A DNA stretch of 63,323 bases, the filler included, from Candidatus Woesearchaeota archaeon (GTDB taxonomy: Archaea; Nanobdellota; Nanobdellia; Woesearchaeales; JACPBO01), in NCBI GenBank assembly GCA_016180285.1. It is 3 parts of 3 records of this genome, joined end to end, with 100 filler letters (N's around TTAATTAATTAA, not from the genome) between each part and the next. Parts side by side here need not be neighbours in the genome. Positions count along the whole stretch, not along the records: positions 24,058 to 53,762 come from JACPBO010000042.1; positions 53,863 to 63,323 come from JACPBO010000001.1; 1 more part is not named here. One strand, written 5' to 3'. The position numbers and the translations under genes are program-made. Under the pieces are notes generated by a model. It saw nothing but the letters and a program-made list of their open reading frames with translations. It was not told the DNA's origin and searched no databases. Below, in pieces: positions 48,039 to 58,135 of the stretch (its first letter is position 1; each line of letters begins with the position of its first letter).

Positions 48039-48688
48039 TTTGTAATTGTACCTCTGACCAAAGTGGTGCTGCCTAAAGAATAATCATTAAAAAATTTCTG
48101 GTCTTTTACAATAATGCCATGACTTTCCAATAAAGCAGGCAAGTTTAGATCTCTGAAATTCCACCAGAATTTAATCCAAGGCTCAACCACATATTCGTGT
48201 ATCTTTCTTTTAACTGCGTATTCTTTTGGTGTTTCTGACATTTCTGCGAATACTATTTCTCCATTTGGCTTTCCTACTCGCTTGATCTCTTCTAAAGCTA
48301 AGTCTATATTTTGAATGCCGCCTAAGCCGTAAGCAGAAATTACACAATCAAAGTAGCTAGAATCAAATGGCAAGTTTAAAATATCAGCGCACATAAGCTG
48401 AATTCTATTCTCTAATCCTTCTCTTTGGACTTTTATTTTTGCTTGCTCTAGCATTTTTTCTGAGTAATCAACGCCGATTATTGAAGAATCAGTATATTTT
48501 ATCGCAGCCTTAATTGCAGTAAGTGCGGTGCCAGTTGCGACATCTAAAATTACGCCTTTTTCTGGGGGATTTATTGAGTTTACAACTTCTGCCCTATGCC
48601 TATCATCAGCCCACAAAGTCTGCAAATGATGTGTTAGATCATAAATCGGCGCTCTTTTATCGTATAGTCTTTTTGTGCCAATTTTCAT
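48035..48688 (-). CDS. UbiE-like SAM methyltransferase
   Basis: LDVATGT, GVDYSEKML, LPFDSSYFD, RVGKPNG. Confidence 0.85.
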   Translation of the reverse strand: MKIGTKRLYDKRAPIYDLTHHLQTLWADDRHRAEVVNSINPPEKGVILDVATGTALTAIKAAIKYTDSSIIGVDYSEKMLEQAKIKVQREGLENRIQLMCADILNLPFDSSYFDCVISAYGLGGIQNIDLALEEIKRVGKPNGEIVFAEMSETPKEYAVKRKIHEYVVEPWIKFWWNFRDLNLPALLESHGIIVKDQKFFNDYSLGSTTLVRGTITK

Positions 48689-48787
48689 TTCAGCGCACCT
48701 ATGATCGTCAATATGATTATCAAAGCCATTAATGCGAAATAAAATATTTCCTCTGCTCTTGCATAAGATATTAGTGTTTTTATAGTT

Positions 48788-49387
48788 TTATTGTTTATCA
48801 TTTTTAGTATTTTGAACCTCCCAGAAGTTTGCTTTTGTAGACTCATCAGCAGTTGCATAAGCAGAACTGTATGTTTTATCTATTTTCTCTAAAGCAGCTT
48901 GAATGCTCTGCCTATCTTCTTCCAAAATTACACTATAAGTCAAGGAGAAGGATCCAAATTCATCTTTTAATGATTCATGGCTTCGGTCTAAAGCCTCTGC
49001 CTTTTCAATTGCCGCATTATAAAGCTCATCCTGATGCTTCAAAGCCCATTCCTTAAAACTTTTTATTTTTTGGTTGAATTGTTTATCAAGCTTCAAAATC
49101 TTTTCTGCTTCCATGTTGGATTTCTTGGCATATTTTTGCATAACCTCTCTTGCACAGTTATAGATATTCATTGTTTCATCCTTAGCAAGCTCCTCTGCCT
49201 TTAAAGAAGTCATCGCAGTTAGCATATTAATGCCAAAGTTTATCGCTATGTTATAGGTTTCTGACTCGTTTTCAATAACTGTTTTATAATTAAAGTCTGC
49301 AACTAACTTATCAATCGAAACAATAGCGGCATCAAAACCTAAAATAGCGCCAGTGTAAAATTCTCTTTTTTCAACTGCACCTTTCAT
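48788..49387 (-). CDS. Hypothetical helical protein
   Basis: 199-aa ORF. Confidence 0.6.
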   Translation of the reverse strand: MKGAVEKREFYTGAILGFDAAIVSIDKLVADFNYKTVIENESETYNIAINFGINMLTAMTSLKAEELAKDETMNIYNCAREVMQKYAKKSNMEAEKILKLDKQFNQKIKSFKEWALKHQDELYNAAIEKAEALDRSHESLKDEFGSFSLTYSVILEEDRQSIQAALEKIDKTYSSAYATADESTKANFWEVQNTKNDKQ

Positions 49388-49412
49388 ATAGCTGATTATT
49401 TTATTTATATTT

Positions 49413-49751
49413 TCAACCTACAGACAAGCTAGAAGGCAGCATTTCTCTTAAAGGCACGTAGCCACTTTCACCTTCGTTAAGCAATATGTCTAAACATGAT
49501 TTTGAAAAGCCGTTATTTGATCTTTTCTTTAAATGCTGATAAACCCTTTCGTTTATTTCATCTTTGGCATTTTCAGGAGCATAGTCTTCTTTAAATTCTG
49601 ATTTGCCCATAATTTCAAGAGCTGTATTCCAATCTATTACAAACTCGTAAACATTTCTATTGTCGCTTTCTGGTGCTGTTAGTGAAGCAATTTGTTCTGT
49701 TTCTCTAGCTCTTTTTTTCTCAGAATTATTGTTTTTAAGAAAAGCCATCAT
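49413..49751 (-). CDS. Hypothetical protein
   Basis: 112-aa ORF with GAGGTG SD. Confidence 0.6.
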   Translation of the reverse strand: MMAFLKNNNSEKKRARETEQIASLTAPESDNRNVYEFVIDWNTALEIMGKSEFKEDYAPENAKDEINERVYQHLKKRSNNGFSKSCLDILLNEGESGYVPLREMLPSSLSVG

Positions 49752-49762
49752 TTCAAATCACC

Positions 49763-50281
49763 TCAATAAATTATCGCAACAACCAGCCTTTGGATCTGAG
49801 AAAACCGTATCCTGCCCGGGTCTGGCTCAGGATTGTTGTCGCCTTTCATTATGGAATACCAGCCATCTGAATCCTGGCCAATGGCTATAACGCGGTGGAT
49901 TATGACTCCGTCAGCGTATTCTGATTTGTATGATACAATATCGCCGACATTTATGTAGCTTTCATCTTTGGGCACTATCTCGATTGCATTTGATCCCATG
50001 CTCAAAACAGGCTCCATTGAGTGTGTGTCAGTAAAGGTAGCCCATTGTGCATCTTTTATATCAATAACAACATTATTGTTCAGAACATGTATCTGATCCT
50101 CTTTCACCCAGTCAGAAGGGGACGCCTTTGGCTGAGGCCCGTCATTAAAGGCCATAGTGGAAGTTATCTCGTTGTTCTTGTTTGTTTTTTCATTGGTAAA
50201 TTGAACAGAAAGCAAGCTAGCCAAAACAGCTAAAACAATGATCCCTGCAGCAACAAATGCCATAAACAGCTTGTTCGCCAT
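49763..50281 (-). CDS. S26 signal peptidase I-like protein
   Basis: N-terminal TM; SMEP, VGDIV, IIHRV, KGDNN..PD. Confidence 0.82.
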   Translation of the reverse strand: MANKLFMAFVAAGIIVLAVLASLLSVQFTNEKTNKNNEITSTMAFNDGPQPKASPSDWVKEDQIHVLNNNVVIDIKDAQWATFTDTHSMEPVLSMGSNAIEIVPKDESYINVGDIVSYKSEYADGVIIHRVIAIGQDSDGWYSIMKGDNNPEPDPGRIRFSQIQRLVVAIIY

Positions 50282-50375
50282 GTAAATATAGCTGCAGAGC
50301 TAGTATATAAAGCTTTCGTTTTGTAATCACAATTAAGTAGTAAATATAATTTTTATCAGATCACAGCGTTAAAAA

Positions 50376-51287
50376 CTACCGGTTACAGGCTGGATTGAAA
50401 ATTTCTGGCAGTTCAACAATACGATTAACAGAACGGCATAAACAATTATCTGCTAGCATTCCAAAGTCAACAAACCTTCCGGGATTTCGTAAATTCAGAT
50501 TCTTCACAAATCTCTTAAAGCTCTCCATATTTGTCAATGGCGTATAGCCTTTCTCACCCGGCCCTTTAGAATTATAACCCTGATCCAAATAGCTCGCAAC
50601 AATCCTTTCAGCCAGTAATTTTGTCACTTTTTTAAATGGAACTAATACAAGCTCAGCATAATTGTTTGTTTTAAAATTAAGCTCTTCATATCTCTCTTCA
50701 GGAAAATCCTTCATAGTAGGCGCTCCTATTTCGCCTAAAGAGCCGCCATATCCTTTGTTATCCTTAATGAGCTTCATTAATACGCTCCTGTGCCTTGTGT
50801 CATCAGTCAAAATCCCGACATTTCTTTTGCCTTGTGTAAGGCTATATATTTTTGCCAACTCAATAGCAAATGTTTTGATCATATCTGTTAAAACTGGCTC
50901 ATATTTCTTGCCAGCTGCTGTAGCGTAAAAAAGCGCAGTATACTGGTTTTTGCCATCTGAAACCAGCTCCTTCTTGCTTGCTGACTTCGGAACATCCCAG
51001 ACATCAGATACAACAACAGCAACAATCTTATCTTTGTGCTTTTTAATGACCCAGTTGTACGCTTCGTTTTCCTTACCTGCGAGCAAAGCTATTGCAGATT
51101 CGCATGAGATCACCTTATCAGCAGCATACCTTCCCGATAAAAATTCCTGCGCAGCGCTGATATCATCATAATGCCGCTTATAGTTTAGATGATTCACAAC
51201 AATAAAATCCAAGTCTTTTTTAACTCCTGTTTCTTTATTCATTTTGTTTTTCACTTGGGTTTGTCTGTTGACCTGCATAGTTGGCAT
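50376..51287 (-). CDS. Hypothetical protein
   Basis: 303-aa ORF; no confident motif. Confidence 0.6.
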   Translation of the reverse strand: MPTMQVNRQTQVKNKMNKETGVKKDLDFIVVNHLNYKRHYDDISAAQEFLSGRYAADKVISCESAIALLAGKENEAYNWVIKKHKDKIVAVVVSDVWDVPKSASKKELVSDGKNQYTALFYATAAGKKYEPVLTDMIKTFAIELAKIYSLTQGKRNVGILTDDTRHRSVLMKLIKDNKGYGGSLGEIGAPTMKDFPEERYEELNFKTNNYAELVLVPFKKVTKLLAERIVASYLDQGYNSKGPGEKGYTPLTNMESFKRFVKNLNLRNPGRFVDFGMLADNCLCRSVNRIVELPEIFNPACNR

Positions 51288-51456
51288 TTGTTAAAGATGA
51301 GTTGTATGAGGAAAAAGGCACCTCTTCTCTAAGCTCTTTGCAATCTATTAAAAATACCTTCTCTACATGTCCTTTTAAAGACTCAATTAATTTATCTATG
51401 CCCATAACCAAAGAAAAAGCCCCCTATTTAAATACTTTACTATTGTTTAGTTACAA

Positions 51457-53346
51457 TTACTTGATTCTTACAGCTTCAAGATCCTTCGGAGCAGATGTCT
51501 CTATTCTCTGGGCTTTGTGCACAGAGCTTGCAAGATCGAGGCAGCGCGAGTTCTCTCCGTGATTGACAATAACCTTCTTGGGCCTTGGATCGCAGTCATA
51601 AATAAAGTTCATGAGCTGCTTCCTGTCGCTGTGGTCTGTTATCTCTATCTTCTCAACTTCCATTTTGATCTGGCACACTTCCTGCTTTATTCCGGTTTTA
51701 AAGACTATTTCCCGTTCACCATTGTGTATTCTTCTTCCGAGAGAGCCTTCGCCCTGGTAGCATGAAAAAACAAGCGAATTTTTAGGATTGTCAGCAAGCT
51801 GCTTCAGATATTCTACTGAAGGCCCTCCAACAAGCATTCCTGAAGTTGCCAGTATTATGCAGGGCCCTGTTTCCTCTATTATTTCTTTCCTTTCTTTTGG
51901 GCTTCCTACTCTTTTAAATATGTCTGACAAGAAAGGATTCTCATCCTTATGGAAGATCTGCTTTCTTATCGTATTGTTAAGGAATTCTGGATATGCTGTA
52001 TGAATTGCTGTAACGTCCCACACCATTCCATCTATAAAAACAGGCACCTTCTCCAATTGCCCGGTTCTGACCATGCTTTCTATCAGCACAATCATGTCTT
52101 GCGCTCTTCCTGATCCTAAAACTGGCATCAGCACTTTGCCCTTTCTTTCAATAGTCCTTTTAATGATATTGCGGAGCTCTTCGTCCTCCTCTTTTGCTGA
52201 TGGCAGAATATTATCCTTCCCTCCATATGTGGATTCTATCATCAATGTTTCCAATCTTGGAAACCGGGTTGCTGCTGGCTCCAATAGCTGCGATCTTCCG
52301 TATTTAAGGTCGCCAGTATAAAGTATATTATGCAGGCCGTTTCCGACATGCATGTGAATCATTGAGCTTCCAAGGATATGGCCGGAATTATAGAGTGTCA
52401 CTCTTACGTCAGGAGTTACATCAGTAACCTCCTCATAATCAAGAGTTATAGTGTGCTTTACCATCTCCCTTATGTCATCCACGCTGTATAGGGGCTCTTT
52501 TCTTTCACTCTGCATTATCTTGACATAATCGAGCATAAGCAAAGACATTACATCCCTTGTCGGAGCAGTGCAGTAAACCGGTCCCCTATACTGAAGCTTA
52601 AACAGATAGGGCAATAAGCCGCAATGATCCAGATGAGAATGGGAGATTATGACTGCGTCAAGCTCTTGCAGGTTAAATTCAGGCACCTCAAAAAGAGGGT
52701 ATGCATGCTCTTCGCTGGCAACATTAACCCCGCAATCAAGCAATATTCTTGATTCCGGCGTCTGAAGCAGAATGCAGCTTCTGCCAACTTCTCTTGCCCC
52801 GCCTAAAAATGTTACCCTGATCCATTCTTCTTTCTTTGCCCTTAGCCAGCCGTCATACACACGGTGGCCGACCTTATCAAGAAATTTTCTTCTGTAATCG
52901 GAATTTTGGTAAAGTACAGAGCGTATGCTTTCTATCAATGGCGACTTTATTGCAGGAGTCCTTCTTATCAAAGGCACCCATAATGTTTTTTCCCTCATCT
53001 CCCTCAAAAGTTCGCCTTGCTTGCCGATTGCCAGCCCTGGCTTTTCAGCTTCAATAATAACGCTGGAGCGCTGCGGATCGAATATTATGTTGCCCACTCC
53101 GGATTCCTCAGGCATTATTTTCTTTATCTCTTTTTCCGCCTCTTCCATATCAAGCGTAATGCTTGGATCCGGCCTTAACTCTACTCTTTTCTTTATTTTG
53201 TTTACTATTTCGCGTATCACGCCTTCATTATTAAGGAAGAAGTCCTTATCTTTTGTGTAGAGAACGATATTTGCGCCCTCAAAACACGCATCAGATATCT
53301 TTTCCTTTGGCAAATCCTTTAAGATTTCCTCAATTATTGTAGTCAT
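51457..53346 (-). CDS. fttA: aCPSF1/FttA beta-CASP RNase with KH domains
   Basis: KPGLAIGKQG, HSHLDH, SGHILG, ESTYG, ATSGML, HGE. Confidence 0.95.
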   Translation of the reverse strand: MTTIIEEILKDLPKEKISDACFEGANIVLYTKDKDFFLNNEGVIREIVNKIKKRVELRPDPSITLDMEEAEKEIKKIMPEESGVGNIIFDPQRSSVIIEAEKPGLAIGKQGELLREMREKTLWVPLIRRTPAIKSPLIESIRSVLYQNSDYRRKFLDKVGHRVYDGWLRAKKEEWIRVTFLGGAREVGRSCILLQTPESRILLDCGVNVASEEHAYPLFEVPEFNLQELDAVIISHSHLDHCGLLPYLFKLQYRGPVYCTAPTRDVMSLLMLDYVKIMQSERKEPLYSVDDIREMVKHTITLDYEEVTDVTPDVRVTLYNSGHILGSSMIHMHVGNGLHNILYTGDLKYGRSQLLEPAATRFPRLETLMIESTYGGKDNILPSAKEEDEELRNIIKRTIERKGKVLMPVLGSGRAQDMIVLIESMVRTGQLEKVPVFIDGMVWDVTAIHTAYPEFLNNTIRKQIFHKDENPFLSDIFKRVGSPKERKEIIEETGPCIILATSGMLVGGPSVEYLKQLADNPKNSLVFSCYQGEGSLGRRIHNGEREIVFKTGIKQEVCQIKMEVEKIEITDHSDRKQLMNFIYDCDPRPKKVIVNHGENSRCLDLASSVHKAQRIETSAPKDLEAVRIK

Positions 53347-53384
53347 TTTAACTTAATTGATTTAAACTGAAAAATCACAGAACC

Positions 53385-53762
53385 TTAATCCTCGAGTTTT
53401 ACCCTTATTTCCTTTTCAAAAACTTTCTTGACAGCTTCTTTGGTTATTGTGACAACATCAATGCCGTCGCCGCTTGCTATGTCTCTCTGCAGTGCTGCGT
53501 TTACCGACTGGATAGCCAGCTTTACGCCTTCTGCCACAGAAAGGCCTTTCTTATATAAGGTTTCCAAAACACCATAAACCATCACGCTGCCTGATCCTGA
53601 AGATATAAAATCGTCAATCTCAGTTATTGTTCCGTCAGGGAAGATTTCATAAATAAAGAATCCGCCTTCATCCTTGCCACCCATCACAAAATGGGAAACT
53701 CCTGGAATCATGCTCATTTTCCTTATATTTGAGTAAACTAAGCGTGAGAAAAGGTTTGCAGC
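53385..53762 (-). CDS. psmB: Proteasome beta subunit (5' part lost in gap)
   Basis: SSGSGS...YGVLE...RDIASGDGIDV; usual psmB-aCPSF1 order. Confidence 0.9.
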   Translation of the reverse strand, partial: AANLFSRLVYSNIRKMSMIPGVSHFVMGGKDEGGFFIYEIFPDGTITEIDDFISSGSGSVMVYGVLETLYKKGLSVAEGVKLAIQSVNAALQRDIASGDGIDVVTITKEAVKKVFEKEIRVKLED

Positions 53763-53862
53763 NNNNNNNNNNNNNNNNNNNNNNNNNNNNNNNNNNNNNN
53801 NNNNNNTTAATTAATTAANNNNNNNNNNNNNNNNNNNNNNNNNNNNNNNNNNNNNNNNNNNN
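53763..53862. other. Assembly gap / artificial contig linker
   Basis: N run with TTAATTAATTAA. Confidence 0.95.
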
Positions 53863-53864
53863 TT

Positions 53865-54158
53865 CTTGAAGAGTACTGGATTGGCATATTGCTCGGGCTT
53901 GTTGTTTTATTTTTTTTTTACATTTTAATTAAAAAAATAACTGTTGGAATAAAAAAGAAGCTTAAAAAATCCCGGATAAAAAGAAAAAGGGAAGAGCTGA
54001 AAACAATAAGAATAAATCATAAGGAAGAAAAGACAGTAATAAAGACTGAAGGTAAACAAGTTAAAGATGAAAAAATCATCAAAAAAATATTCCTCACAAT
54101 ATTGACGATTTTAGTTGTAGGGTTAATATTTTTCGTTTTCTATTATTTTAAGATTTAA
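53865..54158 (+). CDS. Membrane protein, 3' fragment
   Basis: Open from the gap edge; two TM segments. Confidence 0.55.
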   Translation, partial: LEEYWIGILLGLVVLFFFYILIKKITVGIKKKLKKSRIKRKREELKTIRINHKEEKTVIKTEGKQVKDEKIIKKIFLTILTILVVGLIFFVFYYFKI

Positions 54159-55294
54159 ACAAAAAATAAAATCATTTGGTGTATTATTCCCAGAATAAAC
54201 AAGAATGCCAGTATTATACACCACCCTTTATTGATGTTTAGAACATATTCCGGCTTTCTATCGCCGGCAGTTTTGGCTTTCAGGAACATCATGGCAATTA
54301 GCACGCCATCTATTCCGCCGGCAACTGCGCCTGTTATGCCTAAAACGCTTACAAAGCTCAGCATGCCAAAAAAGGAAAGCACAAAAAATATAAGTAATGG
54401 GACAAAGCAGCTCAATGCCCATGACAGTTTTTTGCCCAGCTTATAGTCATAATTGTACATTTCCTGCAGCGCTAATCCAAGCGCAATAAAGCTGGTTGCC
54501 ATTGCAAAGACCGCAAACAGATTTCCCAGAATAACCATTTTCTCTCCTAATAATCTGCCCAAGCCAATAGTTGCAACTTCTGTGATTTTTGCTCCAGATG
54601 CGCCAACAACAACAAAAGCAAACAGAAGATAAACAAGCAAAGGAATTAAGCTTCCGATTATAATTGCTTTTTTAAGGCATTTCCTGTTATTGATGAGCTC
54701 TTCCTTCATTTCAGGAATCCCAACTGCTCCCAGGAAAGCAAACAAGATAACGCCGTATGGAACCATGATGTTTGTCAAATCAAATCCCGCCAGATTCTCA
54801 ATCTTTATCGCGCCAAATGCAAGAATGCAGATCAGCACTATCACTATAATGAATGCCGCTGACATGAAAAGCTCTGATTCTTCAACAGCCTTTAATCCTA
54901 TGTAAACAATAAATGCAACAAAAGCAAAATAAACCAGGCTCCATATTAAGGGATTTCCTCCGAATATTGCAGCAAATGCTTTTCCTTCTCCGATAAGATA
55001 AGCGATCATTGCGCCGTAAATCCCGAAAATCATCGAAAATGCCATCAATGCCTTGCCCCACTTTCCAAGATATTTACTGGCATAGCCTGTTAATTGATGA
55101 TCTCCTTTTGTCCTCAAAACAATTTCACCCAAAAACAGATTGATGAAAAGGATTGCAATCCCGATCAGCGCAATGTCCAATAAGCCGATCCACAACCCAG
55201 CCTGCTGGACAACATAAGGTATGCCAAGAACTCCTGCTCCGATAACAACACCTACTAATGTTGCAATTGCCTCATACAGTTCTTTTTTTGGCAT
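54155..55294 (-). CDS. Aromatic amino acid permease (Mtr/TyrP-like)
   Basis: IGAGVLGIP, YGVILFAF, ATSFIALG; about 11 TM helices. Confidence 0.85.
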   Translation of the reverse strand: MPKKELYEAIATLVGVVIGAGVLGIPYVVQQAGLWIGLLDIALIGIAILFINLFLGEIVLRTKGDHQLTGYASKYLGKWGKALMAFSMIFGIYGAMIAYLIGEGKAFAAIFGGNPLIWSLVYFAFVAFIVYIGLKAVEESELFMSAAFIIVIVLICILAFGAIKIENLAGFDLTNIMVPYGVILFAFLGAVGIPEMKEELINNRKCLKKAIIIGSLIPLLVYLLFAFVVVGASGAKITEVATIGLGRLLGEKMVILGNLFAVFAMATSFIALGLALQEMYNYDYKLGKKLSWALSCFVPLLIFFVLSFFGMLSFVSVLGITGAVAGGIDGVLIAMMFLKAKTAGDRKPEYVLNINKGWCIILAFLFILGIIHQMILFFV

Positions 55295-55447
55295 AATTGG
55301 ATTTTAATCAGGCATTATATAAATTTATTGAAATTGTTCTTCGTAAGAGAAAGATTATGCGATATTTTGCGAGGACTAATCTGGCGAAGAGATACGGCAT
55401 CTATTTTTCCCAACATTTATAAACTTATAAAACTATATACTAATGGA

Positions 55448-57130
55448 ATGAGCGGCTATACTGCTGTGAGTGGCCCGCACACATGTAGGGATAGCGTATC
55501 TTCGGTTGATTTAGATGGAGACCTATATTCTGAAGGAGGGATTAAAAAACAGTTAAAAAGATTTCATCTGCCTTTTTCTGTAGTTATATATGAAATGAGA
55601 AGGCTCGATGAGTATGGAGTTAGTACTTCTTACAAATATATACAAAAGGTTTATCTTGGATATTTATTAGAAGCAAGAAGGTATGGGTGGGCCAATGTTA
55701 AAAGAAAAGCGATGGTTTCTGTTAGAGAAAATTGGTCAGAAGAGTGCTTTAAAAAAGAAATAGATGATTACATCGAATCTGTTCAGAAAAACGGAGGAAA
55801 ATTTAAGGTAAATCAGCTAAAAAAAGACAGACCATATATGGCAAAATTAATGAGAAAATATCTTTATAGGCCCTATGATTTTGAAGAATTGCGAAGAAAA
55901 AATATATCAAGATGGGATAGAGAAATAATTCTTTATGAACTAAAAAGACTAAAAGACTCGGATGTACATATAACACAATATTATCTAAAGACCATATTCC
56001 CAACATTTGCAGATGTCTTCAACCCTAAAAGAGGTTACTTCAAAGGTTTTAGGGAGGCTAAAGCAGAAATTGAACATAGGGAAAATCTTGAACTGAGAAT
56101 AAAAGCGCAGGAAATATTAGCTAAAGAAAAGATATCTGCTAAAGATATAATTTATGTTATGAGCCCGGAATTTGAGAAAGAAGATTTCTTTCCACTTCAA
56201 ATAAGAAAAAAAAGGACATATCAGAAAATATCTGATGAAAGGGGCCCAATTGAAGTGTTTATAAAAAATGGAGGGGTATCAGAGATTCCAAGCAGAGATG
56301 AAATGAAGTGCTTATTTGAAGAATACAACTGGTGTAATTACCAAATAGAAAGGATACAGAAAAAGTCTGAGAAATTAAGGCTTAAAGAAATTGATATTGC
56401 GCTGCTAGAAGAGTTTGTCAGAAGAAGGAAAGAGTCATTGGAGGAGTTGATTTTTGCAAATAAAAAACTGGTAGCGACCCTAGCAAAAAAATATGGAAAT
56501 ATTATTGGGCTGGATATGGATGATTTATTAGATGAAGGAGTGTGCGGTTTGTTAAAAGCCATAACAAAATTTAATTATAACAAAGGATATACTTTCGGCA
56601 CGTATGGGGGAACCAGCATAAAAAGGGAGATTACAAGGGCAATTGCAGAGCAATCCAGGACAATAAGATTGCCGGAATGGTTAGTGGATGATATGTACAA
56701 AGTCCAAAAACAGATAGCAATATTCACAGGAAAATATGGGAGAGAACCGGAAAATGAGGAGTTATCAGAATTAACTAGAATGAAGCCAGAAAAAGTAGTG
56801 CATATAAGGGGTTTTATTGAAAATCCTCAAAGAGTCTTCTCTATAAATAATTTACGAGGAGACGGAAAAACAGAATTTGGTGAATTCATTGATAGCACAG
56901 AGGTAGTTTGGCCTGATAAAGAATTCATGTCGCATGAGTTAACACTTGAGACTAAGGAGCTCTTGGAGCACTTAAATGAAAGAGAAAGAGATGTTTTAAT
57001 ACAGCTATTTGATTACCATAGAACACAAGAAGAGATAGGAAAAATATATGGTGTAACAAAAGAAAGAATAAATCAAATGAAAGCAGAGGCTCTTGCAAAA
57101 CTAAAAAAAATAATTGAAGAAGATCAGTAA
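55448..57130 (+). CDS. Sigma70 (RpoD-like) protein with long N-terminal extension
   Basis: Region 2 ANKKLV...DLLDEG..GLLKA..KF...G..F.TY, SRTIRLP; region 3 GREP; region 4 TQEEIG..YGVTKERINQ. Confidence 0.88.
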   Translation: MSGYTAVSGPHTCRDSVSSVDLDGDLYSEGGIKKQLKRFHLPFSVVIYEMRRLDEYGVSTSYKYIQKVYLGYLLEARRYGWANVKRKAMVSVRENWSEECFKKEIDDYIESVQKNGGKFKVNQLKKDRPYMAKLMRKYLYRPYDFEELRRKNISRWDREIILYELKRLKDSDVHITQYYLKTIFPTFADVFNPKRGYFKGFREAKAEIEHRENLELRIKAQEILAKEKISAKDIIYVMSPEFEKEDFFPLQIRKKRTYQKISDERGPIEVFIKNGGVSEIPSRDEMKCLFEEYNWCNYQIERIQKKSEKLRLKEIDIALLEEFVRRRKESLEELIFANKKLVATLAKKYGNIIGLDMDDLLDEGVCGLLKAITKFNYNKGYTFGTYGGTSIKREITRAIAEQSRTIRLPEWLVDDMYKVQKQIAIFTGKYGREPENEELSELTRMKPEKVVHIRGFIENPQRVFSINNLRGDGKTEFGEFIDSTEVVWPDKEFMSHELTLETKELLEHLNERERDVLIQLFDYHRTQEEIGKIYGVTKERINQMKAEALAKLKKIIEEDQ

Positions 57131-57220
57131 CAATTCGTCTTTTAGTAAGCGACTAAAGTAATAGGGCAAAAGACAAAGGATTTAATGAAGCAAGCTTTAT
57201 ATGCTCACAACTATAAAAAA

Positions 57221-57386
57221 TGGGAACGCTGGGATTTGAACCCAGACCAGCCGGTGTCTTCATAGAGCACTTTTTATTCATCGGCGTTTGCCTCATCGCT
57301 CCAATTACTGGAGCCGGCGATGATAGTTCCCCCAGCGGAACCCAGGAAATCCCCGATTTCCGCTGGCCAGGTTTCACCACGTTCCC
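57221..57386 (-). tRNA. tRNA-Trp(CCA), introns about 19/20 (57327-57366) and 37/38 (57256-57307)
   Basis: GGGAACG/CGTTCCC stem, GCCGG/CCGGC anticodon stem; D-loop junction approximate. Confidence 0.85.
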
Positions 57387-57433
57387 TTAATATGTGGATT
57401 TTTTATGCTTTTATAAATCTTATTGAAAATGTG

Positions 57434-58111
57434 TTATCTTGCAAAAGCAAACTTGTTTTCATGCACAAATTTTTCAGTTTCCTCAAGTTTTTTTATTTCA
57501 ACTTCAAATTCTCTTTTTTCACGTTCGATTATTAAAATGATTCTCTTCAAGATCTTCAAAGCATGCCTTAAATTTTCTTCTAAAGGGCGAAGATATTGTA
57601 AATATCCTTGTCTTTCAGCATACTTTCTGTAAACAGCATCAATTGCAAGTTTTACTGCCTCATGCAAGGTTTCGTACCACGGTTTCAAATTTACTTCTAA
57701 ATAACATTCTTCATCAGTTCCTAAGAAGGTTAGCACTCCCTCCTCATATCTTTTAGCATTTTTAAAAAGTTCGCCATCTTTGCCACAAACTATTTGTTTT
57801 TCATCTTCTAAGAACATTGTTCTTTCACCTTCTTCAGCAATAATGGCATCTTGAAATCTTTCTATATGATGAAACACTGCCTTTGTAAATAAGCTCAAAT
57901 TGACATTTGTTACCTTGTTTCCAGAACCAATTAAAAACCTCGACAAAGCAGGTGGCAGATTTCTTAAATCGTGGCATATGTACTTGGTGAATGTAATTAA
58001 ATTATCCAACAATTTTAATTTTTTTTTGTTTATGTGTTCTACAGAAGCTTCTGCCAATTCAAAATTTCTTCTTAATCTTTCTATCTTTTCATTTGGAGCT
58101 TCTTCAAACAT
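57434..58111 (-). CDS. Hypothetical helical protein
   Basis: 225-aa ORF. Confidence 0.6.
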   Translation of the reverse strand: MFEEAPNEKIERLRRNFELAEASVEHINKKKLKLLDNLITFTKYICHDLRNLPPALSRFLIGSGNKVTNVNLSLFTKAVFHHIERFQDAIIAEEGERTMFLEDEKQIVCGKDGELFKNAKRYEEGVLTFLGTDEECYLEVNLKPWYETLHEAVKLAIDAVYRKYAERQGYLQYLRPLEENLRHALKILKRIILIIEREKREFEVEIKKLEETEKFVHENKFAFAR

Positions 58112-58135
58112 ATCTTTGATTTAGAAAATCCAACC

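Noticed and set aside
57153..57380. 75-aa ORF on the minus strand
   Set aside because: Coincides with the intron-containing tRNA-Trp
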